Of a DNA stretch of 64,000 nucleotides, positions 48,666 to 61,300 are shown in pieces. A program made the translations under genes and the position numbers. The notes beneath the pieces were generated by a model, which was not told where the DNA came from, made no database searches, and worked only from the letters and a program-made list of their open reading frames with translations. Origin of the DNA: Schizochytrium sp. TIO01. Lineage: Eukaryota; Protista; Bigyra: Labyrinthulomycetes. The stretch covers positions 801,648 to 865,647 of the forward strand of contig SMSO01000014.1 in assembly GCA_004764695.1 (NCBI GenBank), in the 5' to 3' direction. Position 1 is the first letter of the stretch. Each line of letters starts with the position of its first letter.

Positions 48666-50057
48666 ATGAACATGTTGAGAGTAAAGCTTGCGCTAGCACT
48701 AGCGCTCGTACTGTTTTTGGCACTCTCGGTAGCTGCACAGGAGGAGCTGGAACGAGCTTCGCCTGACGAGTTTGATACCGATGGAGTAAGAGAAGAAGAA
48801 GAAGGCGAGGAAGAGTATGGACTGCTTGATGAGGATGGATCTTTCTATTATGATGAAGAAACCTTGCTCAGTGGACAGGAGGCCAATGAAGACTCTGGAG
48901 TGATGGCACGGAGACTTGTCAACATCAAGTCTTTGACGAAACTGTGCCTTAGTACCAGCGAAGGGATGGAGGTAACAACTGGTAGCGTGGATTCTGACCA
49001 AGTAAGTGGTCTGGAGGAAATTGATATGAGCGGTACCTCGGATGCAAATTATGCAGGCTATGTTGAGGCTCAACTGAGCGCTAAAAATTTATTTTCAGGC
49101 GATGTAGTCTTTAATATCCCAACGACTGTCGATGTCACGAAAGTAAAGGTGATTGGGGCTACTGTCAGGTTTCGTGGTGACAAGGGCATCACGAAGAAGA
49201 AGCAAAATCTATGGACAGTCCGTTACGCTAAGTTGAACAAGAAGAAGTATTACAGTGTATGGGATAACTCAGCCACCACTGCTTGGGTGTGGACCACCAC
49301 CTCAAAATACGTCAAAGTGAAGGGAAACTTCAAACTCTACGTGAATAGCAACCGAGAATTTCGCTTGAATGTTGCTACTACAAAAGCAGTGACTGAAAAT
49401 GGACTCTTTGACTACGTTGGCCTATGCCTCTACATGGCCAAAGGATGGTACATTGAACAACCTACCACTTCCCCAACGAATTCTCCCACGCAAGTCCCAA
49501 TTTCTTCACCTACGGCAGCCCCTACCACACCTGCACCTACGCAGGTCCGGGTCCCAGACGGCTTAGCAACTAGTTGCTTTGTGCCCTACAACATGTCCAT
49601 CGAAAAGGGTTATATTGGTGCTGATCAAACCGTAGATGGCCTTGCACAGCGGAACACGTTCAACAACGAAGTTACCCAACCTTGGCTAAAAATTGTTGAA
49701 TTTCATCCTTCTAGCACCGAGGCAGGTGCTACATTTTACTTCTACTATAACGTCACCCAGTTGACGGACATCTACTCAGCTCAGTTCAAATGGAATTTTC
49801 GTGGGCAAACAACAGAATATCAGCTCTGGAAGGTTGGTCTTTACAACTATAATACTGGAACCTATGGTTGCCTTGCACAGACGCCAAATAAAGCAAAGAG
49901 CTGGAAATGGCTGTATAATGTAGGTAGCTATATCGTCAAGTCAAATGGCAAATACGTTGATGATGATGGTATTGCAATTGTACGGTACTCAACTGACACT
50001 TCGGTTGATGCCTCACAACTTGACTTTGCTAAACTTTGCTTCCAGCGCCTTGTGTAA
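48666..50057 (+). CDS. Secreted protein: signal peptide, acidic pro-region ending RRL, two homologous beta-rich domains joined by a Pro/Thr linker
   Basis: MNMLRVKLALALALVLFLALSVAA signal; acidic tract; MARRLV; repeated motifs FRG...LW...W.W...YV...DY/F..LC; PTTSPTNSPT linker. Confidence 0.85.
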   Translation: MNMLRVKLALALALVLFLALSVAAQEELERASPDEFDTDGVREEEEGEEEYGLLDEDGSFYYDEETLLSGQEANEDSGVMARRLVNIKSLTKLCLSTSEGMEVTTGSVDSDQVSGLEEIDMSGTSDANYAGYVEAQLSAKNLFSGDVVFNIPTTVDVTKVKVIGATVRFRGDKGITKKKQNLWTVRYAKLNKKKYYSVWDNSATTAWVWTTTSKYVKVKGNFKLYVNSNREFRLNVATTKAVTENGLFDYVGLCLYMAKGWYIEQPTTSPTNSPTQVPISSPTAAPTTPAPTQVRVPDGLATSCFVPYNMSIEKGYIGADQTVDGLAQRNTFNNEVTQPWLKIVEFHPSSTEAGATFYFYYNVTQLTDIYSAQFKWNFRGQTTEYQLWKVGLYNYNTGTYGCLAQTPNKAKSWKWLYNVGSYIVKSNGKYVDDDGIAIVRYSTDTSVDASQLDFAKLCFQRLV

Positions 50058-50885
50058 AATCATCTTTGACATTAGCTCTTCTATAGTAAATATGTCATCT
50101 TCTCCCTTTCCAAAGAAAAAATAAAAATAAAGCAAAAATATTTTCGTTTGTGTCAAATTTGTTGACTTTTTCAATCTTAACTGTCGTACGTCCATTGGCT
50201 TTCAACGATAAATAGCTTAGACACCTCGAGTGAAGTGAATTTGGACAAGGGCAAACAATCGAATGTAAAATTAATTATCTAACTGCTTTTTTACTGAGCT
50301 ATATAGACTAAGTAATTCAGAATAAACGTTTTGGTTTACTATTGCAGCACGAGCATTGGACATGTAGATGTAAAGAGAGAATATGATACAGGATTGTGAA
50401 ATAGGCCTTTAGACAAAATCATTAGCTAAAAGGCCAGTGACGTCAGCAAACCTTGGCTTAAAATCTGATGAGACCCATTTTATACGATAACTATCAAGAT
50501 AAGTGAGTGATATTGGATGCAGTCATGGACTTGCCACTTCCTAACTTGAAATGATACAAGATACCGAAGAATAGAGTAAAGAAGTAGTGATTGAAAATAA
50601 GTTTAAGAAAAAAAAAGAGATGTAAAGAGATAATGAATGATCCAAAATGGCAGCCAGGCAAGCACGCTCGGTCAGAACAGCTGCATCAGACGCCTCAGAA
50701 CAAGAGCCGGTTAAGGCAAAGGGCGTCCATGTTTCTACATGGCAACATAACAGGACGTTCGGCATATGCGAGAATGAGCTGCATGCCACTCAACCAAAAA
50801 AAAAGTATGCAGCAGCGGCATGGAGAACGGGCGTGTGCCGATATATGAATGCAAGTACACTACCACCTTGTGGTAGAGTACTCAT

Positions 50886-52880
50886 TTAGGACTCCTGGAA
50901 GAGGGCGTCAAACTCACGGAGGACATCGGTGATAGCCTCAGCGAACTTGGCGGAATCAGACTCTTCGCAGGACTTGTAGCTGGTCACATTGATAGAGATG
51001 CTGTCCGGCTGAGTCAGGTAGCCAAGACCGTAGCCGTGGCCAGTGACGGCACCAAAGCCGAACTGGTCAATGAAGGGTGCAGTGACGTTGGAGGTGGAGA
51101 GGGTCCAGGTGCAGGACTTGGCATACATGGGGTCCTTGAAGAAGTCAAGCTCGAGGCCCTTGTTGGCAGCAGTGCACTTCATGGCATGGAGGTGACGGTC
51201 GACACCAGCGTAAGGTCCACCAGCAGACTTGGCGCCCTTGGCAACATTGACGTGAGTGGCGGCAGCCTTGTGAAGAGCCTCGCGCTTCTGCTCATCGGTG
51301 GAGGAGCTGTCGTTGAAGACCTTGATCATCTCAACAGAGTCAGCAGTGCAGGAGCGGATGGTTTCGGTACGGCCGTGGAAGAAGTTCTTCATGGCGCAGG
51401 ATTCGTATACAGTGGCGTTCTTTCCGTGGAGGCGAGCGTAAGCAAGCTGGAAGGCCATCTGGCATCCAGCATCAGGGGACATCTTCATGAGCTTGACACG
51501 GTTACGTCCGTAATCCTGGAAGTCAAGCACCGCGGTGTCAACATCGGAAGCAAGCTTAGAGTTGGCCTCAAGAGCCTTGGCAAGGTCAGCCTTGTTCTCC
51601 TCGCTGAGGTCCCACTCAAGCTTCTTGAAGGATCCTGCAAAGTCCTTAGCGGGAGCACGGAGGGGCTTGATGTATGCGGCAGGGGGCTTAGCGCCGTTCA
51701 TGTCAGCCCAAACCTCAGAGATCATGCGGTTCCAGGTGAGGCCGTCTCCGAAAGTGTGGTCGAAGTTCATGCCGAGGGAGCCGTCGTTAGTGCAGATGAT
51801 GTTGTGCTTATCGAACCAGCGGTTGCTTCCGTTGCGTCCGTGAAGGAAGTAGTCAGAGCGGTCCGCAATGGATGCAGAGACATCAGCATCCTGGAGAACC
51901 ACAGCGAACATGGAGTCGTCGATAAGACTGAGGGTCTCGGCGTTCTGCTCAGAGGACTTGATAATGCGCTCGCGGGCCTGGGCCCAGAAGTCACGCTCGC
52001 AGCCAGTCAGCATGCCAACGTCCTCGTTGATGCTACCGGGGTTGGCATCAGCGTCCTCCTTGATTTGCTCGAAGATAGATTCAAGGGCCTCTGCGGAGAT
52101 GGGCTCACCCTGCTCATTCATGACCTCAATGCGGTAGACGTTGTGGTTACGGAATGCCAAGATGTGCTTGCGCTTGAAGTTGGTCTCAAGCTTGTCGCGG
52201 CCAACGCAAGGGACACGGGTGGCGCCGAAGACGAGGCCCATACCGTACATGCAGAGGGGCTTGTCGCGCTCCATGTCGGGCTCGACCTCGTTGTTGGCAA
52301 CCTTGTGCCACCAGCGAAGGAGGCCAGATGCGAAACGAGCGGTGCGGCGGAAGGGCACCATGTCTTCAGAGTTCTTCTCCGCAGGGAATGCGTAGAAAGG
52401 GTTGGAGCCAACCATGATCTCAAAGCGGCCTCCAAGGTACATATCATCCCAGAACTGCTCAATGTAGCTGTACGGGTACCCGGGGGTCTCGTCGACCTTC
52501 TTGAGATCATCCTGAAGAGCTGCGGCGTGCTTGGCCTCGAACTCTTCTGCGAGCTTCTTGGTGTTTTCGTACTCCTCATCGGTGGCAATGGGGCGCACGG
52601 TCTCCAAATACCTCTTGAGGGTATCCTTCACCTCGGGAAGAGGGAGGGAGGGAACGTTGAGGTAGTTGGTGTCATAGAGCTTCTCGACCTCGTACTCGAA
52701 CTTGGGAATTTCGGGCGCCTGGCCGCTTGATGCGCGGGTGGCCATCTTGAATGTGTTGCTGCTGCTGCTGTTGTTGTTGAGGCCTACACGTGCAAGACCA
52801 GTTTCAGAAGACTTGGGCACGGAGGATCGAGTTAGGCAACTGCTCGCCGCTCGCCACACCGAGCCGCCACGGATGCTCAT
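50886..52880 (-). CDS. Carnitine O-acyltransferase (CPT2-like), probably mitochondrial
   Basis: LPLPEVKDTLKRYL, NRWFDK, catalytic DHTFGDG, SPDAGCQMAFQLA, YESC...FFHGRTETIRS, GVDRHL, LSTS, GFGAV..HGYG; Arg/Ser-rich N-terminal presequence; strong C/G third-position bias. Confidence 0.95.
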   Translation of the reverse strand: MSIRGGSVWRAASSCLTRSSVPKSSETGLARVGLNNNSSSSNTFKMATRASSGQAPEIPKFEYEVEKLYDTNYLNVPSLPLPEVKDTLKRYLETVRPIATDEEYENTKKLAEEFEAKHAAALQDDLKKVDETPGYPYSYIEQFWDDMYLGGRFEIMVGSNPFYAFPAEKNSEDMVPFRRTARFASGLLRWWHKVANNEVEPDMERDKPLCMYGMGLVFGATRVPCVGRDKLETNFKRKHILAFRNHNVYRIEVMNEQGEPISAEALESIFEQIKEDADANPGSINEDVGMLTGCERDFWAQARERIIKSSEQNAETLSLIDDSMFAVVLQDADVSASIADRSDYFLHGRNGSNRWFDKHNIICTNDGSLGMNFDHTFGDGLTWNRMISEVWADMNGAKPPAAYIKPLRAPAKDFAGSFKKLEWDLSEENKADLAKALEANSKLASDVDTAVLDFQDYGRNRVKLMKMSPDAGCQMAFQLAYARLHGKNATVYESCAMKNFFHGRTETIRSCTADSVEMIKVFNDSSSTDEQKREALHKAAATHVNVAKGAKSAGGPYAGVDRHLHAMKCTAANKGLELDFFKDPMYAKSCTWTLSTSNVTAPFIDQFGFGAVTGHGYGLGYLTQPDSISINVTSYKSCEESDSAKFAEAITDVLREFDALFQES

Positions 52881-53102
52881 GACGCTGATTTTCTTTTTAG
52901 TTTCACTACTTCTAGTACTGCTTCTTCTTTCCTGAGAAAAAGAAGAAGAAGAAGAAAAGAAACTTTCTTTTTCCTCTCTCTCCTCTCTGCGGCTTAGTCT
53001 AGCTGCGAGGTTGTTGGGTAAGAAGTGAGATTAGTTTTAGTTTTGTTTGTTTGTTTTCGGAGTTGATTTTGATTTTGATTTGTTTTTTGTTTTTCGTTTT
53101 TA

Positions 53103-53212
53103 GTGTGTGTGTGTGTGAGAGAGAGAGAGCGCAAGTGAGTCAATGGGTGAGTGTGTCAGAGAGAGGGAGAGGGAGAGAGAGAGAGAAGGAGTGAGTGAGT
53201 GAGTGAGTGAGT
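53103..53212. repeat. Compound (GT)n/(GA)n/(GAGT)n tract upstream of the carnitine acyltransferase
   Basis: Directly visible. Confidence 0.85.
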
Positions 53213-55296
53213 TTGGAGGCGAAAAGGTTCGTGGTGTAAGAAAAGAGCGGTCGGAAGGCGTGTTCAAAGTTTAGTTTAATGCCATTTCGCATTGAAATTA
53301 CACCACGTTCGTAGAGGCCGGTCCGTCAGTCAGTCAGAGAGGGTCAGCAGGGAGAGGCACGAGAGGTCAATTAAAAAAGAAAGAAAAAAGGAATGAAAGA
53401 ATGAAATCGAAAAATTCCAGAAACAGTTGAGAGAACAATTTTTTTTCAATGTAGAAAAAACATTCCATAATTCACACCAAAAGTTTTTCGCATTAAAACA
53501 AAAACAAAAAACAAAAAACGTTTTAAGCCCGCACAAAAAAAAAAAAAGAAAAAAAAGAGAACGCGCAAACAAAATTAAACAAAAAACCAAACGTGACAAA
53601 AGCACCAAAAAGTCACACCAAAAAGAACACCGTCAAAGACATTATAGCACACATTGGTTACATTTGTTGCATTTGGATACATGCCATATTGAAGTAATAC
53701 ATGATCCACGCAATAACAGCAATAAGATGAGAAAGATAGCGATCTTCACGTTAGCCACTTCATCGTCAACGATATCATCAACATCAGCGCTTCACCGGCC
53801 AGCCGGCAGGCTTCCGCTGCGCCCCCCGCTACCCTTCACGCACCACGCCAGGACCTCCGCATGCTTCCCTGATTCCCCAGAGGCGATCAGCACCTAGCTA
53901 CTCCACGAGGCCTTCTTCGCCGCAGGTCCGCTCTCCAGCCCCAATGGCGGTAATCTGACTGAGATGACCCACCAAGCTCGAGCTTGGCCCTGAGACTGAT
54001 GAATCAGCACGCTCCCAAAACGGTTCTGCAAGACCTCTCGCGCCTACTCGGCTACCGCTCGTACCTCCCCCTGCCGTCACGACCCCGCGACGGTACGTAC
54101 GTACCTCCCTTCCGCGACCCTAAGTTGTCGCAGTTCGCGATTGCCGCTGCTTTTGCCTCTGCTTTTGCCTCTCTTCGAAGAGCTGATTCATTTACTCCAC
54201 TATACGCGGCCCCGTACAGTAGACTATTTTGCTCCACACTATAGGGAAAAAGCTATTCTCGTGTATTTTAACCTCTCTACAGAAGGTTATAGACCTTCTG
54301 AGGCCACCAAATGAAGATCTCCTGGATGATAGCTACTCCTAATGTTATCATTAAAGGTATCCTAAAGCATGTACATTAGCAAGGTTCCAGGTGTTCTAGA
54401 TATACTGTTCTACGATCTCAAAGAAACCCGTGGATGAAGAGTAACAGGCTTCATGGAGTGAGGTATGAGATAGAGAAAAGCAAAGGAAGGACAGATAGCC
54501 AAAGAATATGCATAGCATTCCTTGGTCTCAAGGCTTTATCGGGAGAGAAACGGAGAGTCCGCCCCATAGAAGAGTCAGACCGCCCCGTTCTTTCTCTGAT
54601 TCAGGGCAGTTTGGAACACGAGACATTTTCATCTTCCCAGCTTCCTTTCTAACCAGCTAAAAGTGATTCTACTTACTCGAAACGCTATTATCGGGATAGG
54701 AGTTGTTCTTTGCATGTTCTATTAACGCGCAAGTAAAATCCAATTGCCTTAATTCTTTTTACGAAGGCTAATTTTTAGTTTAATTTAATTTAAAGAATAA
54801 ATTAAAAGAAATATTAAAAGAACATTTAAAAAAACATTTCAAGGTTATTCAAAAAATGAAAAAGGATCCCCTCGGTAGATAGAGAACAAATTTATCAGAG
54901 ATCAGTTTACTGCTATCATCATCACTATCAATTGACTACTATTACCAAAAACATATTTAGCGAAACAGAAACAAATGAAAATCTAACCGCAAGAATCTAA
55001 AGCTCTCCACGAAGGAGAGAATGCGATGCCTACTACTCCGTAAATGCGAAGAAAAGATCACGAAAATCGCAGGAGCGTGTGTCTTTGGAGGCGTGTATTG
55101 TCGGCTTCTCGCCAGGCGTCGTCGGTCCAGCTACACAAACAGAGCGCCATCGCAAGATACCCCGGAAGGCTTTCTTCTTTCACGATTCGCTCTGTAGCAA
55201 ACAAACCTCCGTCCTCCATATTGATTGATTGAGCAAGCCGGATGCAGATTTCGCCGATGACGACGATGATGTGAGCCAATAACGTATGACGCCTTC

Positions 55297-55374
55297 TCAT
55301 TCATTCATTCATTCATTCATTCATTCATTCATTCATTCATTCATTCTCATCGTCGTCGTCGTCGTCGTCGTCGT
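55297..55374. repeat. Compound (TCAT)n + (TCG)n microsatellite
   Basis: Directly visible. Confidence 0.95.
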
Positions 55375-58300
55375 GGAAACAAATCAAATCAATCTCTCGC
55401 CCACTCAAAGATCATGATTAATGGATGACGTACGCTGCAGTTCTTCATCTCGAGCATCGCACAGTGGTTATTCATTCGATCGCTTGTATCAGAAGCATGA
55501 TCAATTGATTATCTGCGTATGAGAAGCATACTTTTGAGAATCTTGCGGATGAGGGAAAGATTGGGTTTTCAACTTCTAGATAGACACCCAAAAAGCTTTG
55601 CTTTTGGTGGCGCCTGCTTCCTCACAGCAACATACGCGTCGAACCTATCCTGCGCAGCCAACGCTTTCTGAGTGAACTAATTAAAATTATCGTAGAACCG
55701 ATCGATGAGCGAGTGAGTGAGCGAGTGTCAAAATTCTTTCTTGATCCAGACGCGTGCGCATCGATCACTGCCACTGCTGACGGCCTTTGTTGCCTAATGT
55801 GGTTTTTCTACTGGCTGACTTCTTTTAAGCTGCTCTGGAGTCGTCAAAACAATCCACGGTCTCTGAGTCTGCAGAAGGCCACGAGTGCTTTAATCGTTCA
55901 TTCGTGTATTTATTTCATATGAACAGCTCAAACCAAGACACGAAGGCGCGAGAAACAAACAGATTCTTGCAGTTCTTTAGGTGTTCTTGTTATCATGAAC
56001 CAAACCATCATCATTGTCATTTTGTGAGTCTTTATTATTTTGTTCTTTCAATTGAAGAGTTGTTAGTTTGTATGTCTCTATCTATTTGTTTGTTGATTTG
56101 CTTATTATTCTGAAATAGAATTTGTTTTATTTTTGTTTAAGCCTTTAAAGTTTTGTTTTGTTGTTATTGAAAATAGAAATATTTTCAATTAAGAGTTGAA
56201 ATAATGTTCCTGCTGCGAAGTTCTTCTTCTGCTACCAACTCGCTTCGCCCTTCCTTTTCTGGTTCCTCCAAGTTTGACCAACAGAAAGAAACCCTCCAAA
56301 ATACCTGCCAGAGCCTGAGACTCTCTCATTCAGCCCTTAGCTGGCCATGCCTACTCCTTCCAAGCAACACTTCAACAGGCACTCGAGCGTTTAGAAATAT
56401 AAAACCAACCACTCAAACCGTACCATAACCACTCTTTTCTGCGCATTATCAATTTGCTTTTCACCTTGCAAATAGAAACAGACAGACAACAACTAGAACA
56501 AAATGAACATTCCTTTTTCTTCTTCTTTTTTTCTTTTCAAGAAACACTTTATTAAATCAAAGTTCACTTTTAAAAACTCAATTCCAACTATAATACATAC
56601 ATACATACACATAAACTTTCAATCACAATTGAAAAAATGTAATGCGCTTAAGGTGTTCCACTCTGCCCCATATTCCGCGCTTATCAGTTCTCCTCCGCGG
56701 GTAATGGAACGCACCTTAATGGGCGCCGAAGCCGTCTCCGCCGCCGTTCTCGTGCCCAGTCATTCGCAGACGTCGCCTCCTGCTCTGCCTACGCCTGCGT
56801 GCGAAGGCGGAGCGGCCAGTCTGGAGGCCCGATGGCCGCCCGACGGCCTGCCGGAGCCGCCGCCGGGCGCCCGCGGCCGGCTTTGGCGCCCAAGCGGCAG
56901 CTCGAGCGCAGCCAGAACTCGAGGGACCTCCGCGATGGCGCATTCTGGGCTGGCGGAAACCGCGAAGATCGCGTTCATGGAGAGACGGGACCAGAAGCCG
57001 CGAACGAGGATCTATCTATCTATCTATCTATCTATCTACCTATCAATCTGGCAGTCTTCTACCTATCAGTCAAGGTAGATAGAGTGGAGAGATGATGCAT
57101 ACTTCGTTCACTCATTCACTCATTCACTCAGAGTATCTGACTATCTTCCTGTTCTTTCGATTGTTTGTATTACATTGCGTTGAATTGTATATTGTGTCGC
57201 ATCGCATCGCATCGCATCGCATTGAGTGTTGTAATGCGTTGCGCTGTATTCTATTGCATTGCATTGCATTCTTTGTATTGCGTTGCTGCTTTGGACTCGT
57301 AGCAGTCGGATATCAGAGGCCTAAGCTCACACGTCATTCATTTACTTCAGACTGACTGACCAAGAAGAGATGCACAACACACAAGCGGCTTTGCGTATCG
57401 CCTCTTTGGCTTTCGCGAAGCAAATGTCGCTCGCAATCGATACGCCGCCCGCTGCTCCTCCATAGGTACCACCTGCTCTCAAGCCCATGTCGAGCTGGAG
57501 TCACTTCTCTCAAGTTGCTTTTGTAAAGGAGAGAGCGGTAATCGAGGGCGATGAAAAGCCTCGAACAGAGTAGGTATATATATATATACACCCCTATAGT
57601 ATTTACGCACACCCATCATCGCTCGCCATGGGGACGGATAACGGGAGTCCTGGGCCCAAGTTGACGTCAGCAATGGCAGCTAGGAGATGCTATCTAATGC
57701 TACCTTTTCGCATACAAGGCAGCGGTGAGGCATGATTGAAATGTAACATCGCTTCTTCAAAGCTAGGTACAGAACTCCGATCGAGAGGGACAAAAGGCGG
57801 CGGGCCCGTCTTGAGAGGTGCAGGTGCACTGAAAGCACGGACCGCAGATTCAGTTCTCCTGCGAACGAGCATGTTCAAGTTCAAAGTTTTGACTGGGACT
57901 GCCGTGCTTATGTTTGATTATGTACGTGTCTTTGTACGTCTGCAATATGTAGGTATCTGCGTATGTATCATCTATCTATCTATGTGCGTGTATGTGCCTT
58001 GCTAATGTTAAGGGTAGCTGGGTTCCTAGCGCTAAGAAGAAATACATAGTACGTGACTATTATAAGAAAGAAGAAAAAGAAAGAATGTACCTACTGGTAA
58101 CGGTAGGCATATATAAGATACGGCTAGCTGCTAGTAGGCTGCTGCCAAACCGTAGGTAGGTAGGAAGGTAGTAGGCACCTATTGCCCAGTAGCACTCCTC
58201 GTGATAGAGGTGAAAATGCGTTGTCCAAAGTGCACAGGAACCCGCGAATTGTCCAGAGTGCTGGCTGGCGAGGCAGTTGAAAGAGAGTTTGAATGAAAGA

Positions 58301-61300
58301 AATCGTGGTAGTTTCATTTCGAAGGCAGGTTGTGAAGTGGTGCGGGCCAGGGCTCGAAGAGGCCGAGCGAGAGGAGAAAAGCTAGCCAGATGCTGCGTGG
58401 AGCCAGACCTCCCTTGGTGGCAGACGAGAGTAGGAGATCCCTTCCTTGCAAAATGGCAGCGCCTGATTGATTGATTAATGAATGCATTGTGAAGATAGAG
58501 AAACTGCAAAGAATTGGTCCTTCCAGGAGTGCGAGGTTTCCGGATGTGTCGGATGCAGAATTCGACTCACGGCAGGAGGATTTTGCATCAGACTGACACT
58601 GGCGTGCAATTGTTTGCTTGAGCACTGCAGTCTCGAAAGTGAGAGAGTGAATCAATGAGCGAGTGCCACGAGACGCGTTAACAAATAACAAATTATAGCA
58701 GCTGCTTGTCTGTACGCGATTGTTTCATGACCCTTTCTTGAGGCAGAAACTTGAAGGGCAGATCGATGTTCTTTGATGGCGACAACCTTTTTTTTATTAT
58801 TATCATTGTTAAGAGCAGTTTTATATAGAATTGACAACTTTCTACAAGAGGAATGAAGCCACAAGCACCAAGGGCGCCAGCTTGAGGAGTTGCTCTACGT
58901 GGAAAGAGTGGTCCTATTTAGCGCACCTACGATGTGCTCTTGTTGTTTTATCCTTTTTGAATGATATTTTTTATTTTTTATTTGAGTTCCGCCATTTTTT
59001 TTCTCTTCTTTATTAAAAAAAAAGTAAATAAAAGAAAGAAAGAAAGGATAATGACTCAGTAAATTGTCTTTGCACGCTCAAAATAAAGAGAACGAAAAGA
59101 AGATGATCTTTCGAGATTGCAACAAACCAGAAAGAGTTTGAGAATTGATTTAAAATAGCAATAGTAATGATTTTTTTTGTTATTATTATTAAGGAAAGTT
59201 ACAGGAATTACATACTTGGTCTATCATGAACCTGGGCGTTCCAAGGTTTTCCAGCGAGCCTTTACCTCCCCTTGAAGGCAACTATATCTGCCATTTGAAT
59301 CAATCTGCGCATGAGTTGATTCAAATGGCAACATGGATTGCCTTAGACCAGTATATGAGGTGCGGCGTTCTCCATACTAATCATTTAGACCAAAGGTGAT
59401 ACGCATATAGTCTGATCCAAGTTTCATGACGAAAACAATGCTCTATTTCTCATCATGAGGACTCCTGAATTTGCCAAAGACAATTTTCGACGCTGTTCAT
59501 TCACAAACTTTGCTACATCAAATTGTAAGCGGGCCGAAACTGGTGTGCAGTCTTACAAGTTGGCGCATAATTTGGATCGCTCTCGCTTGAAGATAGTGCA
59601 GTGCAGTTTTGCCTTGGGACAAGATCAATGCACGTGGCCTTGGTTCCCACATCACAGGAGGATGGACCCCAACATTTAAAATTAATTTATACTACTATCT
59701 TTAGGTCTTTATCTTTGTCGAGATAATAGAGTACCGATTGTTTCGTATGTTTTATTTATTTATTTATTTATTATTTAAAAAAGAATCAAAAGATACTGTT
59801 TGACGGTATCCGTGTTTCTGAAATAGTTGCTCAAACATACTTCAAAGTTCAAATCAACGTATAGCAATACTCAGCATTGCGAAGAGCAAAGAAGACCGAA
59901 CAGGCTCAAATCAGACATATCGAGGCAGGAGTATTCCAGCTCTATTTGCCGCCTTTTGAGGTTGTTCTGCTGGAGCTTTGCACAAATCAGTGCCTGAGTG
60001 CTATATAGTAGTTAAAAGCTCTGCAGAGGCGTCAACCGGAACTTCAACAAGAGGGACATTCGTTTGGCCGTTGTTGGTTTCTTCCTCAGTGCAAATACTA
60101 AAGACTTCGATATCTCAGTCGGCGAATACCTTCTGAGGTACAAAGTATCAGTGATCGGTCTCTTTGCATAGCCACGGAGCAGCTTGGGTGCAGGAAGTCG
60201 TCAACATCGAGAAGATATTGATTTTTCTTTTCTTGCTTTTCAAAACCTGGTAGGTAGGTACATACATACATACCTACTGTCTTGGGTGCAGCAGCTTTCA
60301 TACTACTTGAACTAAGAATGATGATTTTTCAGGGAAAATAGAACAGAAAAGAATAGTGTAGTAGAAAAGAGAAGAGAAAGAAGAGGAAAAAGGGGGAAAA
60401 AGGAAAAGAGGAAAAAGGAGGCGGAGGTTCCATCTTTCGCAGCGAGCATTACTGAGCAACCGTATCCAAGAACGCAGATCCCGGCTGGTTAAAAAAAAGC
60501 CTGCTTGACTGGGTTCTTCTCCGAATCAGTGGAATCTGACCTGAGAATCTTAGATTTTTCTTACAAATACCCGTAGTAGTAGCAGCTTTCTGTTGCGGAA
60601 GTCTGTGGCGGAAGAAGAAGAAGAAGAACTAGTAGTAAGAAAACAAAACAAACTTTAAACAAAACAAAGCAGCGTGAAAAGCAAAAGCTGACCGAGCAAG
60701 CAAAGCAAGCAAGCGACCCGAAGAAGCGAGGGACGCAACCATCAGTAGCGGAGGTCCTCCATTCAACAACTTTGAGGAGGCTCGAGTCCCGCCCCCTTCT
60801 AAATACCTTCTTCTTCCTCTTCTATAACCTCTTGGATGAAGAAACCAGTACAGCATTAATTGTTATTAACATATTTATACATGTTTACTTATTTATTTAT
60901 TTCAATTTCAAAGAGCAAAGAGCTCAGCTAGGTACCTGGCAAGTCGCCCTGGTTCACCCAAGAATGGCGGTTGTTGACCCTGCGGTCCTAAGAGGGCAAA
61001 GAGAGCTATCCGTGAGTGGCATATGAACAATAGGTTGGGGAGCTTGTGCAGTAGCTAAGTTTGGTTTACGTATGTAGCTAGCTAGCTAACTAGTTAAGCT
61101 GCTTCATGGCTGTCAGCAATTTTGATGGTGCGATCAAAAGTGAAAGGGCTTACCGGTTTGATGACATGAGCCTCTTCCTCTACCGAAAGCTTTTTCCAGG
61201 TTTACACTGGAACACGGCAAAGGAGGCACCACCCAGAGCCGCTTTTCTGTTTACCTTTCATGTTTTCTTTTCTTTATTTCTCTCGTTGTGTTGATGGATA

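Noticed and set aside
51036-52730. 564-aa ORF on the + strand
   Set aside because: Antisense shadow of the codon-biased carnitine acyltransferase; no motifs and no ATG start.
53427-53897. Lys-rich 156-aa ORF
   Set aside because: Derived from poly-A tracts in the acyltransferase upstream region.
56503-57095. ORFs across a GC-rich island
   Set aside because: Open because of high GC and microsatellites; no protein features.
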